Of a stretch of 64,000 bases of DNA, positions 1-14,903 are shown one piece after another. Position numbers and translations under genes: made by a program. The stretch lies in assembly GCA_039096225.1 (NCBI GenBank), contig JBBPEB010000027.1:1-64000 (forward strand), read 5' to 3'. Position 1 is the stretch's first letter. Each line of letters starts with the position of its first letter. The DNA comes from Blastocystis sp. Blastoise. Its lineage: Eukaryota; Protista; Bigyra: Opalinata. The notes below the pieces were generated by a model. The model did not search any database, was not told the DNA's origin, and saw nothing but the letters and a program-made list of their open reading frames with translations.

Positions 1-1291
1 TTTATAAAGATAGCATTTTTTCAATTAACAACTATAACACATTACTTTCCGTTTATTACAATCATTTTTTTTTCTATTAGTCTATTATAATTATATTTTT
101 TTTATTTATGAGTTCTTAATTAGTAATCATTTATTAATAAAACAATAATGAATTATCAATTTGTGTTTTTGTATACACTTATTTCGTTTATATTAAAAAA
201 CAACTATATTTATTATCATAATATTTTTTATTTAAGTTACTCAAATTACATATATACTACTATTTTAAGTAATTAATTTTTACTTAAAAAAAAAACTTCT
301 ATCTTGATTCATCCTCTTTTATATAAGTTATCAACTAATAAATATGAATATAATATTACTAATTTCACTAACTGAAATCCTAAATTACCCCTATTACAAT
401 AAATGTAAATCATATGAATAAAAATTATAGCAAAAATAATAATCGTTCACATAAACGATCATTTTTCATTCAATAACTTATCAATTAACTCTATTATCTT
501 CATTCTACTCCATGTAACTAATCTAATTCAAATTTATAATAAAACACTTTTACAAAATGTGATTCATTTATATTAATACCTATATTTCATTAGCTATTTG
601 TGTTTCACACTACCTTTTAATATCAATGTTACCTATATATTTTAAATAATAATTAAAAACATACAACAATTGACAAATACAATCAACAGATCTTATTCCA
701 CATGATTTCAAACCTTACCAAATTTATTTATATAATCTAATATCTTAAAAAATTCATATTCATTCCCTTTCATAGAATAACATCACAAAATAATTCATGA
801 TGTGTCAAATAAAACCACTTACACTGAATTCAATCCTACATAAAACATCTAGAAACTACATTATACGCTAAATAAATTCTTTTATTATTGTATTAAATAA
901 CAAAAACTTATTTTATTACTTTAAAACAAAAAATTCTGATTTCTCGAAGCTAGTTTGGCTGAAAAATAAAATGTTTTTAATAGCATCTCTTCAACAAATA
1001 GGAAGATATCTGTGGGAATTGTTGTGTAGGAAAACACGTTGGAATCTTACACTTGATAAATTGTATGAATTTATACTACATAAATAATTTATTAAACTTA
1101 ACGTTATATTTTTAAAATATTAGACAGTTATGCGATCTATAAAAAATTAAAAAGTACATTGTATTCGTTACATTTTTGCATATATTCTTTAATCTATGTA
1201 TGTATTTTTTGAAATATTATATTTTTTATTTTGTAAAACAAGTTTGCTTTAAATGTGAAATATTATTTATAAGTTATTTCTAAAGAATTGA

Positions 1292-2242
1292 ATGGAAGAA
1301 CAAACATCTCACTTCAAACTTGTCCTTTTAGGTGATACTGCTGTCGGTAAATCTTGTTTAGTTGTTAGATTTGTCAGAGATGAATTCTTTGCTTTCCAAG
1401 AACCAACCATTGGTGCTGCCTTCTTAACTAAAACTATAAATATTAATGAAACTACTGTTAAATTTGAAATTTGGGATACTGCTGGTCAAGAAAGATATCG
1501 TAGCTTAGCTCCTATGTATTATCGTGGTGCTGCTGCTGCTATTGTTGTTTTTGATATCACATCTGCTGTAAATTTTTATTATTTATTGTTTATTTTTTAT
1601 TGTTATTTTGATTTTTTCTTAATTATCCATGTAATTGTATATATATGTTAAATTCAATATAGGAATCTTTCAATGGTGCCAAGTCTTGGGTTAAAGAATT
1701 ACAAAGACGTGGAGATCCTAATGTTGTTATTGCTCTTGTGGGTATATTCATCTATTCATTTTTGTTTTTAATATACTACATTTTCAAATTAACAAATAAA
1801 TTAAAATATATATATATATTTATATATATTCTATATATATATATCTAGGTAATAAATGTGATTTAGAAGAATCTCGTCAAGTATCAAGTGATGAAGCTTC
1901 TGAATATGCTTCTGAAAATGGTTTAATTTTCTTAGAAGCTTCTGCTAAGACAGCTCAAAATGTTCAAGATATCTTTGTTCAAATTGCTATATATATATAT
2001 ATATATATTTATTGATTATATGATATGTTATGATTTTATATTTTTAATTATATATATATATATATTATGTTATATTATTCATTTATATTCTATATATATT
2101 AAAAACGTTAATTGAGTCTAATTTAAATATAAATATGTATATAGCTCATAAATTACCTAAGGGTGAAACTAAGGAAGCTCCTTCTAATGTTTTTACCATT
2201 AAGCAAGCTCCTGTTGAAGAAAAGAAGGATTGTAAGTGTTAA
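1292..2242 (+). CDS. RAB5: Rab5-family small GTPase (4 exons)
   Basis: Motifs [42 protein letters not shown] and EASAK; C-terminal CKC prenylation motif. Intron 3 (1987-2144) reads CT..AG. Confidence 0.95.
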
Positions 2243-2628
2243 AGAAAAACGAATATTATATTATGATTTATTGTTTTTTTATTTGTTTACATTACTTCTA
2301 TTTGCTATTTATTAAAAATTAACATGATCGTTTCTCATAGCTTTTTTATTTTGTTGTCTTGTTATGTTATTTTTATTTGTAGAATTTTTGATGAATACCA
2401 ATAGATATATCAATAATAAATATTTATTAATATACATATACAACAATAAATAATTATAACCAATCGTTAGTTTTATCAATATCAAAATGTAAAAATATAA
2501 TAATAATAAAATATAAAATGAGAAATGGAAAAAAGAAAAATAAATACGCAATATATATACACCAAAAACAAAATAAAAAGTAGAAAAGAAAGCTAAAATA
2601 AAAAGAAAGAAAGAATATAAAACTAAAA

Positions 2629-5406
2629 CTACACAAGATCTGATTGGATATTTCTGTTTATTTTAATGAAATTCATGAATTCCTTTGGTAGTTGTATTAA
2701 ACTAGCAAGTAATGATAGACTTGTAGGTTTATCATTTTTCCTTGATTGTCTATATAGTAATAATATAGAGTCTAAATAATAGCTATATATATATATATAT
2801 ACATAAGTCGATCGGATGCTAATTTAAAGGATTGTTTGACATTTGCAATTCGAAAGCAGTTTTTCCCAAGGTTATTTGTTGGGTCTAAAGGATCAATGAT
2901 ATATAATGGATTCGAATAACCGTGAGAATTTAATGAAGATTTGACATCTGGAGACTATATATAAATAAGGAAAATAGAATGATTATAGAATAGAATAAAA
3001 TAGCTAAAATATTATTAATTAATATAGATCTATATATATATATATATATATATACAATATAAAAGAATCCATTTTGTAATGACGCACCATGTTCTGAGGG
3101 ATCAAATTGATTTCCTAAAAAGAAAAGTATTTTTTCAAAAAGAGTACCCAATCGAATAAATCTCTCTGTTTCTATAGAAGAATATTATATTGAATGATAA
3201 GGATAATATAGATTATTATATTATATTGAATGATAAAGATAATAAGGATTATTATATTATATTGAATGATAAAGATAATATAGATTATTATATTATGTTG
3301 AATGATTAGCATAATAAAGACAATAAAAGTTATTATATTACATTGAATGATAAATATAATAAATACTATAAATATAATAATACATATAATAAATATAATA
3401 AATAATCTACATAAATGATGAATAACTATATAAGATAATAAATAAACTATACCATTAAGAGAATGAGATTGTTGATATTTATCTGGATCCATATACATAC
3501 TATTCAAACAACAGTTGACTAATACAAATATAGCGCTACTATTAATACCTCCTTGATAACTAATATTTAATCCACATTCATACTATATATTATATATTAT
3601 ATATATATATATATATTATATATATATATTATATACCACAATTTGTTTTAATATAACAATAATAGGTGTTAGTTCCCAGAATGTGTCTAATAATGTAGAC
3701 ACTAATTTCGACATAATCACTCCACGATGGACATTACTACTGACATCAATTACTATATCTTGATTATCCGCGGGAATATACTCACAATTAGGGAATAAAC
3801 ATGTAGTTGTAGATTCTAAAGAAGAAACTCTTTGAGTCTCTTCAAAAAGAGAAACATGTAATTTAATAACAGGTACTGCTGTATTCTTAATATACTATAT
3901 ATATAAGATGTTTGGTTAATATAGATAAATAAAATATAGAGTAATATAGTATAGTAACTTAATATGTATAAATAAATAAGAATACATATATATCATATAC
4001 TTAGTTAATATAGATAAATAAAATATATAGTATATAGTATAGTAACTTAATATATATAAATAAATAATATAAATATATATCATATACTTAGTAATACAGA
4101 TAAAAAATATAGAGTATATAGTATAATATGTTAATATATATAAATAAATAAGAATACATATATATCATATACTTAGTTAATACAAGATAAAAATATATAG
4201 TATATAGTATAGTATGTTAATATAAAAAAAAGAATATACTTGACAAGACTTGACCCATGGTTGTTTAAGAAGCATTTCATATATAGTATTAAAGAAAGAA
4301 AGAGAAGGAGAAGTATGAAGATATATATCAAAATCAGAAGAAGGTAAATTCAACCCTGTTCGACTACTACCATATAACTATATATATATATTATAATCTA
4401 TATATATATTCTATATAAATAAAATACTTCTGGATATGCATCAGGAAATTCTGCAGTAACAATACCCTATATATATATATAATGTACTAAATTATTTAAA
4501 AAAGCATGTGTATGAAAATATAAAATAATTATAAAAAATATATATATATTAAAAAGAATTAGAATAAATTATATATATATATAACAAAAGAAACAACTAA
4601 AATTTAATATATGAAGAATTCACTTAATAAAAACATACTTCAATATTTTGTAGTATATATAAAAAGCGTTGCATTTTTTGTTCATTAATATATTTACACC
4701 ATTCATTATATAGGACTATTCCTTCTCCTATTTTCTTGTATATGTCTCTTGAATATAATCCACTTGTATGAGTGATACTGGGAGATACGAGTGAAGGATA
4801 ATTGATGAATGTCGATCCATGAGAAATAGAAGAAGAAGAAGAAGGAGATAAGAGTGTAGGAGATATCTTATAGGAAGGAGAGTAGATATATGTAGTAGCA
4901 GAAGAAGAAGAAGCAGGAGGAGGAGGAGGAGAAGTAATAGAACGAGTAGTATATGTACTGTTTAAATTATTATTCAATGGAGAAGATGATGATGATGAAT
5001 TTTGTATATTATACGAATTAGAATACTTTATCGGCTCAGAGATTTGTTGTTCTTCTTTATAATTACTAGTATTATCGGTAGTACCATGAATATTCTCATC
5101 ATCATTATCATCCATAAGATTCTCATCGCTAGTAGTAGCATTTGGATCAATATAATCTTTCTGATTCTTATTATCGAATTGTTGACTAGTATAATCTTGA
5201 TTCTTATTTTCATAGTTTTGATTGTTATAATTTTGATTCTTATTTTCATATTTTTGATTCTTATAATCTTGATTACTATATTTTTGATTACTATTTTCAT
5301 ATTTTTGATTACTATTATAAATTTGATTTTTATTATAATATTTTTGATTCTTATTATCATATTTTTGATTATTATTATTATCATAAATTTGATTATTACC
5401 GTCTTC

Positions 5407-5438
<32 letters not shown>

Positions 5439-6042
5439 AATCAGAAGAATCTTGACTTTGATTATACGAATCTGTTTTTATATATTGTTTATTAAATGTT
5501 GAAGATTCAGGATGAGTATACTTAGGAGGGGAAGATATATTTTCATAATGTTCCATTCTATTATTTTGTGAATTATAGTTTGAAGTAAACGACTGATCAT
5601 CTGGAGAAAATGATTCTGGAGTTGGTGTGTGTCGATATGAAGTTCTATTTTGAATATTATAATTAAATTTATTTGATAATGGCAATGAAGAGTTCATTTG
5701 ATGACGATATTCATTATTTAAAGCATAATTATCGTTTGAAATAGATGGACTCGACACTAATCTATTTTGATTACCTAATTGTGATGTTGTATAACCAAAT
5801 TTATTCTCATTTGGATCATCTGTAGCGCCTTTTATACCCATGTTATTCACAACATTACCAAAATAAGGAAAATTCCCAATTTGTGTTGCAGTAGCAAGAT
5901 TATTTTGATTTATATACACATATGGATACATAGATGGTTGTGCTATCGCATATGAGTTGCCATTTGTTGTATAAACATAGTATGGAATAGTATTATAAGA
6001 TAATGAAGTTGTACCAGGTTGATTTGGGAATGTATTCATCAT
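2629..6042 (-). CDS. Trf4/PAPD5 (TENT4)-like non-canonical poly(A) polymerase with long Asn/Ser-rich N-terminus
   Basis: Spliced exons give YGSSRTGLNLPSSDFDI (GS..DxD), IKNTAVPVIKL, GLNISYQGGINS and LYIIDPLDPTNNLGKNCFRI (PAP-associated domain). All introns GT-AG; ends at TAG. Confidence 0.85.
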
Positions 6043-7684
6043 AATATAATTATAATATAGTAACAATATATCGATTAAAATTGAAGAGATCAATTCAATT
6101 ATTTTTTAAAATACATTTCGAAAGAATCAGTCACTATCAGATCAAATTCAGGTGGTTTATTCTAAAGAATAAAAAAATATAATTTTTATACTGAAAATGT
6201 TTTTATTTCCATGGAAATGATTCATTTAGTTACAAATTCTTAATCTATTTATTCTATCTATAAGATGAGGCTTTGCTGTTATTTTTGTTGTTATTTACTG
6301 TCTAGAATACTTGATGTCGTGTTTGTCTGAATAACGAAGAACACGATAAAGATATGTGTTGTTGCTTTTTTTATCATTATAATTTATATAATAATAAATT
6401 AAGAGAACCACGTTTCACAATATTTTGTAAAGATACAAGAAAGTAGAATAACTATCATTTTCTATATTATATTTGATTATTTTTTTTTTTGATATATTAT
6501 ATTTATATATTATATTTGATATTTTTTTTTTTGATATATATTATTTGATTTTTTTTTTGATATATTATATTTGATATATTATATTTGATATATTATATTT
6601 GATTTTTTTTTTTGATATATTTTATTTGATATATTATATTTGATTTATTTTATTTGATATATTATATTTGCTATATTTTTATATATTATATTTTATATAT
6701 TATATTTATATATTATATTTGATATATTATATTTAGTATATTATATTTGAAATAAAATAATTGGTTATATATTTACATATTATATTTAATACATTATATT
6801 GGTATTATATTACTGAATAATAATAAATTTTATATATAAGAATATATTCTCATTAATTCAGAAACTACAAATAATACATGGGAATAATTAAAAGAATATA
6901 AAAATAACTTCACGATATGTATAAAGTTATATATATAAAAAATCAATTTAGGGTAATTCAGAGTATTTATAAATAATAATAGATATAATTACGATAATTC
7001 AAAACTAAAATACTACAACACAAAAAGAAAAGTATAAAAAATAAACATTCTTAACAATTATATTCATATCAAAATTCACATGTAATTCAACCATTTCTCA
7101 AAAGAATATTCTTAAATATATGTTTTTTTTTAATTTAAATCAAATGTATATCTTTCAGATACTTTGTTTCTATGATAGATCACTGTCATACTACAATATA
7201 TGCAAAAAAAAAACAAATTATTACTTTTTATTGTTTTTACACTTCTGATTTCATTTCATATCATGATGTGTATTTATTTTCTTATATTTTTCATAAATAT
7301 CAATTCATTGTTGATCAAAAAAATGAGTAAGAAATCATTTTTTCATTTATATTTCAAATAGACATTCTAATAAAGATCATCAATATATATATATATATAT
7401 ATACATAAAATAATAAAAGTCAATTCCAATATGATTCTTCGTTCTTCTATTTATAAACAGTTGTATTCAATGTTGTATTCACTAGAAGAATAGAATAATC
7501 AAGAGGAAAATAAAAACGTATCTAGGACAATAATAATTTCCACGGTTATTACATTTCCATGAAAACACCTTGAAACAGGAAATTATGGAAAGAATCAACT
7601 GATCGTTTGTAGTTATTCAAATTTAACTTAATCATTCTTTGTGTATAAATTATGGCGTATGTTTTTTATTTTTAATGTTATTAG

Positions 7685-9134
7685 GTCATTTGAATCTATT
7701 CATATATAGAGGAGTGAACGATAGAGAAACAACATATCCATTGAAAGTTGAATTAGGCAAGAGTTGGGATGATATAAAGAATTCCAAAGTTGCTAAGATT
7801 TCTGTTGCATCTGCTCTCATTTTGATTTTCACTTTATTGTTTTCCATGCAAATTGTTTTTCAAAGTATTTTTTTATTTATATAGTTTTAATTATTATAAT
7901 GATCTTATTATACTATAATCGTAATTATTCTTTAGTGAAAACACAAAGAAATTCCAAAATTCGTTTAGGTGATTCTACAAATTTCTTTACTCAATCTAGT
8001 AGTAATTATTTATTTGTGTTAATCTTATATATCTTATTTATTTTATTATTATTATTTTTTTTTGTTTATTTTATTATTATTATTATTTTTTTGTTTATTT
8101 TATTTGTTTATTTTATTATTGTTTTATATTTATTTAACCTTTATAAATTGATAAATTTATTTGAATAAAATAAATAAATACTATTTATGTATAGAATGTC
8201 ATGTTCAATTACATGCTGAGAAGATCTATGGACCTTATATATTTTATCATTTGACCCAAGGTGTAGGCCGTTTAAGTTGGCTTCAACATAGTCGTGGGGA
8301 AGATGTTTCTCCTGAAATCTTAATTCGTCGTGGTTATTATGGTGGCACTATTGTTCCCAATTGGCCACAAGTAATGCCTTTTGATGATCGTCGTGCTGCC
8401 GCAGGAGATAATATCATCACTTTCTTCTTTAATGCCACTCAAAACTGTATAAGCGAATTTGTACATATTGAAATTCCTAAAAATATTACTAGTATATATT
8501 ATTATTTATTTATTTTTATTTTTATTTATATTTTTATTTATATAATTTTATTTTTATTTATTTATATTTATATAATTTTATTTTTATTTAATATTCTTAT
8601 ATGATATTAATTGTATGACTTATTCTGAATACCCTATAGGTTGTATATATGATGAGATTCGTCTGGATACAGTAACAGATAAAGGTGACGGTTGTGCTTT
8701 TTTCGAGGGTGATTTCCGCGGGAGAGGTGAATTATATGGAATCGTTCGTTTACAGGAACAGGATATACCTGATAGATTAACTATGGTACAAGAAGGAGTA
8801 TTTATTGGAAGGTATATAAATATATATATAGTAAGAGTATACTATTTATAGAATATAACAAAGATTATTATTATATATATATTCTTTTTATATAGATTTG
8901 AAAATGAACAATTTTCAAGTATGTTTTGTAATTTAGATGAAAACCGTGAATATATGGCCTATTTTATGAGTTTGGATGGTCCCTGCATGTCAGCTATTAA
9001 AGAATATCCTTTTATTTCCAATAGTATATATATAGTTATTATTATATATTTATATATTTATTATATAGATTTTACGGATGAAGCTAAATGGGGTGTTGAT
9101 TCTATATATATATTTATTATTATTATTATTATTA

Positions 9135-9168
<34 letters not shown>

Positions 9169-9398
9169 TTTATATTCTTTTAGCTATATTATATCAACGT
9201 TTGGAAGTCCCTAAAACGAAACAAACGGGTGTTAATTATAGAAGATGGGGAGGAAGTATATATAACTATATATAACTCTATATATAACTCTATAACTATA
9301 GTAACAAAGGATGATGTAATTGTAAATGATCAGTTAGTAACAACAGGAGGTGTTCTTCTTCCAGTTGTAAATCCTCAATCAGAAACGAATGATGATGA

Positions 9399-9479
<81 letters not shown>

Positions 9480-9969
9480 TATACTAATTCCCCTATAGCT
9501 AATGAGGAGGCCTCTGTCAAGTGGCGTAAAGTGAAGAGACGAAAGAATGGTAAGGTTATTATAAGATTCCTTGTATTAGGAAAGGGAGAGGTATATCTAT
9601 ATTATGAAGAAGGAGCTAGTAAAGGAAAGAAAATGACTATTGATCAAGTATTAACACAAGGAAAAAATGTATATATATTGATATATTTAAATTCATATAT
9701 AATTTTTTATTTTATTTTATTTTATTTTTTTTTATATTTTTTTTTTCTTTATTTAATTTTATTTTTTATTTTTTTTTTTTTATTTATTTTTTTTTTTGAA
9801 TAATAAAAATCTTATTCTTTACATACATATATAGATTGGATTTGCTGATGATGAATTAGTTTCATTAAATCTTTCGAACCCACCGACAACTGCTTTTACT
9901 ATATATATAGTTATTGTTCAGAATAAAAAACAATCAGGTCCATTCGATGTCTCTATTACTGAAGCTTAA
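7685..9969 (+). CDS. Multi-exon protein of unknown function with an N-terminal hydrophobic segment; start not resolved
   Basis: Exons join in frame across GT-AG introns (one CT-AG at 9102-9183) to TAA at 9967-9969. No family recognised. Confidence 0.55.
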
Positions 9970-10505
9970 ACTATATATATATATATACATATGTATATTC
10001 TATTATTTGTTCTCTAGGAACGTATATATATATATTATTTTCAATGTTTTTATATATTATTCTTATTCTTTTCAGATCTCATATCTATACTATTTATAAC
10101 ATTATTCTATATCACTTCACTTTTATGATTTATCTACTTTTCTTTTTTATTACAATTATTATTATTATATAGTTCTATTTATTATCATTATATTTAATTT
10201 TTTTTTCCTCAATTAACATTATTTTTTTTTAATATTATATATTTTACAATTATATAACCAAGATATATGTATATATATTATATGCCTTCTATAATTGATT
10301 ATATACCGTCTTTTTTTTTTACTTTGTTCTAATTATTATAATTATTTTATTTTTATGGACTTGTATTTTATAATACAATTCTGAATTACAAGACTTTTTT
10401 TTGCTTAAATTTAACTCGGATGTTATTCAAAGACATTACTTGATATATTCTATTTTAAATCATATTAAATATTTATATAAATAGAAGAATAGTATTTAAA
10501 AAGTT

Positions 10506-10635
10506 ATTTTATTCGTGATTCATAGAATTTAAAATCATTTTATTCGTGATTCATAGAAATTAGAGACATTTTATTCATGATTCATAAAATTTAAAATCAT
10601 TTTATTCGTGATTCATAGAAATTAGAGACATTTTA
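10506..10635. repeat. Intergenic minisatellite, ~31-bp unit x4 with alternating variants
   Basis: ATTTTATTCGTGATTCATAGAA followed alternately by TTTAAAATC or ATTAGAGAC. Confidence 0.85.
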
Positions 10636-11183
10636 CTCCTAAAAGAATATACTGTATTGATATAAATATATAGTTTTATAGTGAATAATAAATAATTATT
10701 GAAAAAAATATTATAAAAAGAAAATTCTTTATATATACGTTCACAATATTAAAGAAATAAATGAAATCTATTATTATACTTATGGTCAACTGTAAATATA
10801 TATAAACAAACAAATATCATAAATATATGCAATAAAAAAAATTAGAAACGAAAAACACTAATAAAAAAAGGAGATTTCATATGAATAGATAGAAATTACT
10901 ATAAAATCATGTATTCTATAGAAATATAGATATATAAATATTGAGAGAATAATATATAAAGGCCAACAGACACAGTTATATATGTAAATAACAATGTTTA
11001 AATAATATTTTATACATATGTATATAGTTGTATTTTGTTATAAAAAAAAACGAATAAAATAAATAAATATATATATATGTAAATATCTATAATTATAGGA
11101 ATAGTAATAATATAATGAATCTAATCATATTCATATAAAAGAGAAAGATTAAAATAAGTAAAATTATATGTATATATATATAA

Positions 11184-13039
11184 TTAGAAAATAGTATTTT
11201 CCTCGTTGACCAAATTTTTTATTTTAATTTCACGCGGCGCTGGAGGAGCATCATCAGGAATAGTTCTTTTAAGATAGCATCCATGTGAATTGAGGTTTTG
11301 TTTTGTATTAAATTCTAATCCACATTTATCACATTTAAATAGAGATCTAGTATATATATATATTATATTATATATTATATATACTATACTATTATATTAT
11401 ATACTGATATTCACGATTATCTTTCTTGGCGGAGAGACCAATCCCTTTCACTTTACGAACTGCTAATAGAAATAGGAGAATAACCACGGGAAATAAATAA
11501 TAAGTATGATAATAATATTATATATATAGAATTATACTAATATTAATGTGGCACACATAACTGTTTCAACTCTTTGTAATTATATATATATATATAAATA
11601 TGATTTGAAGAGTAAAAAAAGTTCATAAATATGAGTTTTCGTGGTTATATATACTTTATCAGCAGAATCTCTAAGTAGATAAAAGTACCAGCAAGCAAGA
11701 TTATAAACAGATTCATGTAAACTTAAATTATAAGCAACGTAAATAATCAAGAAAACATAATATATATATATTATTATTATTATGAATTGATAATGAATTG
11801 ATAATAAAATGATAATAAAATGATAATAATATGATAATAAAATGATAATAATATGATAATAATATGATAATAAAATGATAATAAAATGATAATAAGATGA
11901 TAATAATATAAATAAGAGAATAATGATATAGATTTCATTTGTCCAAAAGCTCTGAATTTCTCTTTATCTTTATATCCTATACGTGTTCTCTTTTCATCTC
12001 TATTAGTAGAAGTAGCATCCATCTCCATGTCAGCAAATCTCTGTTGAATATTTCGATTTAATCGCCCGTTATCACATTGATTCAATGTACGTAAATTATG
12101 ACTTGTTGAAAAGAGAGGATCTGGAGCAACACCATTTTGTTGATTACTTTCTTCATCCTCAAAGTTTCTAGAGAGAAGAATTATAATAATCATATATAAG
12201 AATCATCAAAACATATATAATCATTATTATTATTATAAATAAGAATCATCATAAACATAAATAATCATATATAAGAATCATCATAAACATAAATAATCAT
12301 TATAAGAATCATCATAAACATAAATAATCATTATAAGAATCATCATAAACATATAGAATCATTATAAAAGTCATCATAAACATAAATAATCATTATAAGA
12401 ATCATCATAAACATAAATAATCATTATAAGAATCATCATAAACATAAATAATCATTATATAAATACCTTGTCCAGTCCCCTTCATAAACATAATTCTCAC
12501 ATGCAACTGCACCACAATGTAAACAAATCATATCTCCTGTTAAAGTATCTGTAATAAAATCAGTAGCTTTATTAGTTTTACAATTTCTACACGAATATTG
12601 ATCTTCTATATATATATATATTTCAATAATTTCCATATAATTTATAAACCAGAAAAATATTTAAAATTAAATTCAAATCTTTAATATCATTGAATATACT
12701 TTGAACTATCAATTCTTTTGCTTTTTGAATTCTATCTTCTTTTTCCTTTTTAATAGCATTTTGAATTTTTTCTTTATCTTTCTCAAGTTCAGTCAAAGCC
12801 TATTTAAACGATATCAATCAAAAAGAAAATGTACGATGATCATAAAAACTAAATATTTCTTAAAATTTTCAATGTAAACAAATTATAAATGCAATTCTTT
12901 CATTATATAAATAATAATTCTACTTAAATACTTCTTTATAATCGACACCTTGCAATTTACATATTCCTATCTCCATTTCTTCATCTTCTACCTCAGGCTC
13001 CTTCGTAATATCACCAGAATATAGTGAAGTTATTGACAT
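11184..13039 (-). CDS. TFIIB-related protein (Zn ribbon, cyclin-like repeat, C-terminal Zn-finger-like motif)
   Basis: CRNC..DTLTGDMICLHCGAV..YVYEGDWTRNF (TFIIB Zn ribbon/B-reader), VMCATLILAVR (cyclin fold) and FKCDKCGLEFNTKQNLNSHGC. The 5' exons are tentative. Confidence 0.7.
11739..11929 (-). other. U12-type AT-AC intron in the TFIIB-like gene
   Basis: 5' ATATCATT; branch-like TTCTTGAT shortly before TTTAC-3'. Removal gives in-frame QMKS|VAYNL. Confidence 0.7.
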
Positions 13040-13395
13040 TTTATTTTCTAACAACTATAAAAGTGTAGATATATGAAAACAAACCCTTTTTTTCCCAAGG
13101 TTTTATTTTTTATTGCTTATTTTTTTAATTCATAACAAAAAAAATGCTATTATTTCATTGTAAAATATAATGGACTCGTAATTCTATTATTTATAAAAAT
13201 ATTTCTTTTGTTGACCTCTGTATATGTTCATTAGTTTGTATTCATCTGGATACAAAAATTCTCAATTATAAAAAAATGAATAATAAATTGCTAAACAAAG
13301 ATACAACATATAGGTTTACAAATCATTCGAGCTTTTATATATAGAAAAAATTGTATATATATATATATAAATATTGAGGACATTATTTTTCAAAT

Positions 13396-14903
13396 TTAAT
13401 TTCTTGGAGGCATACCAGGCATACCAGGAGGCATCATACCTTGAGGCATCATTCCAGGCATACCAGGAGGCATCATTCCACGAGGAGCCATTCCTTGAGG
13501 CATCATTCCAGGCATACCAGGAGGCATCATACCAGGAGGCATCATACCACGAGGAGCCATTCCTTGAGGCATCATACCAGGCATACCAGGAGGCATCATT
13601 CCACGAGGTGCCATACCTTGAGGCATCATACCAGGCATACCAGGCATACCAGGAGGCATCATTCCACGAGGTGCCATTCCTTGAGGCATAGCAGGCATAG
13701 CAGGCATAGCAGGCATAGATTTATTAACAGATGAAGGAGCACTCGCAGCAACTAGAAATATAATTATGATAATAAAAATATAATTATTGATAATAAAAGT
13801 ATAATTATTGATAATAAAAATATCATTATGATAATAAAAGTATAATTATGATAATAAAAAAATCATTATTGATAATAAAAGTATAATTATGATAATAAAA
13901 GTATAATTATGATAATTAAAATATAATTATTGATATTAAAAGTATAATTATGATAATAAAAGTATAATTATGATAATAAAAGTATAATTATGATAATAAA
14001 AATATAATTATTGATATTAAAAGTCAGTAAAACAAAATAAAAAGCAGCAAATAAAACTAAAATAATAAAAATAAATGAGATTCTAGAATACCTGTGCTTG
14101 TGGGCATCATCATAGAGGCAGTAGGACCTCCAAGACCTTTCAAGGGACCATTCAGACCTCGAGGAGCAGCTCCCACGGGACCACTCGTTAATCCCCGACC
14201 GACAGCACGAGCTTGACCAGGAGTAGCAAGAGCAGCCTGAGTAGACATCTATATATATATACATATATAATGAATTCTAATACTATTTTTATCAATTACT
14301 TTTTTTCATAAATATAATTAATAGAGAAGATATACTCATATTATAAACACAAATAAAATAATAGTTATAAAAAAAGATATTTAAAAAAAAATAATATAAT
14401 CGAATAGAATATATATATATATATACTTCTTGTGGAGGAGGTCCTTCGATTTGTAGAGAAATAATAGTCTCTCCACGAAGAAGCACCAAACCTAAAGTCT
14501 TCTTCTCTTCACGTTCTTCAATGATTCCTATAGAATAATCATATATAATAATAAAAAAATATTCATTTATTTATTATTATTCATAATCAAAATTACTTTA
14601 AAATATATATATTTAGAATATATATAATTAAAATGTATAACATAAAATTAACATAAAAAATAACATAAAAACATAAAAACAACAAAAATAAACATAAAAA
14701 CATCATTTAATAAACGAGCAAATACCATTAAGAGCAGCGTTTGAATTCTTTATTTTACGGAACTCTTCACAATCTCCTAATATAAGATTCATGTGTTTAT
14801 CAAAAGCCATCAACGTACCTACTAATGTACGATTTTCTTGTAAAATAACCTTGACTCGGTAGTTTACGAGATTAAGCATACGACTCGTTTTAGACATAGA
14901 CAT
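13396..14903 (-). CDS. SNRPB: Spliceosomal Sm protein B/B' (4 exons)
   Basis: [62 protein letters not shown] and a C-terminal [10 protein letters not shown] repeat tail. Confidence 0.95.

Noticed and set aside
5002-5502. Ile-rich ORFs overlapping the Asn-rich exon, and similar poly-I/Y/L/N ORFs at 31009-31405, 35292-35641, 46973-47371 and 54749-56466
   Set aside because: Alternative-frame or antisense readings of microsatellites and low-complexity exons.
10506-10635. CRISPR-like repeat with short variable parts
   Set aside because: The variable parts are ~9 nt and alternate between two versions; eukaryotic context with no cas genes, so a minisatellite.
13374-13734. Repetitive plus-strand ORFs ([15 protein letters not shown])
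   Set aside because: Antisense shadows of the SmB Pro/Gly/Met repeat tail.
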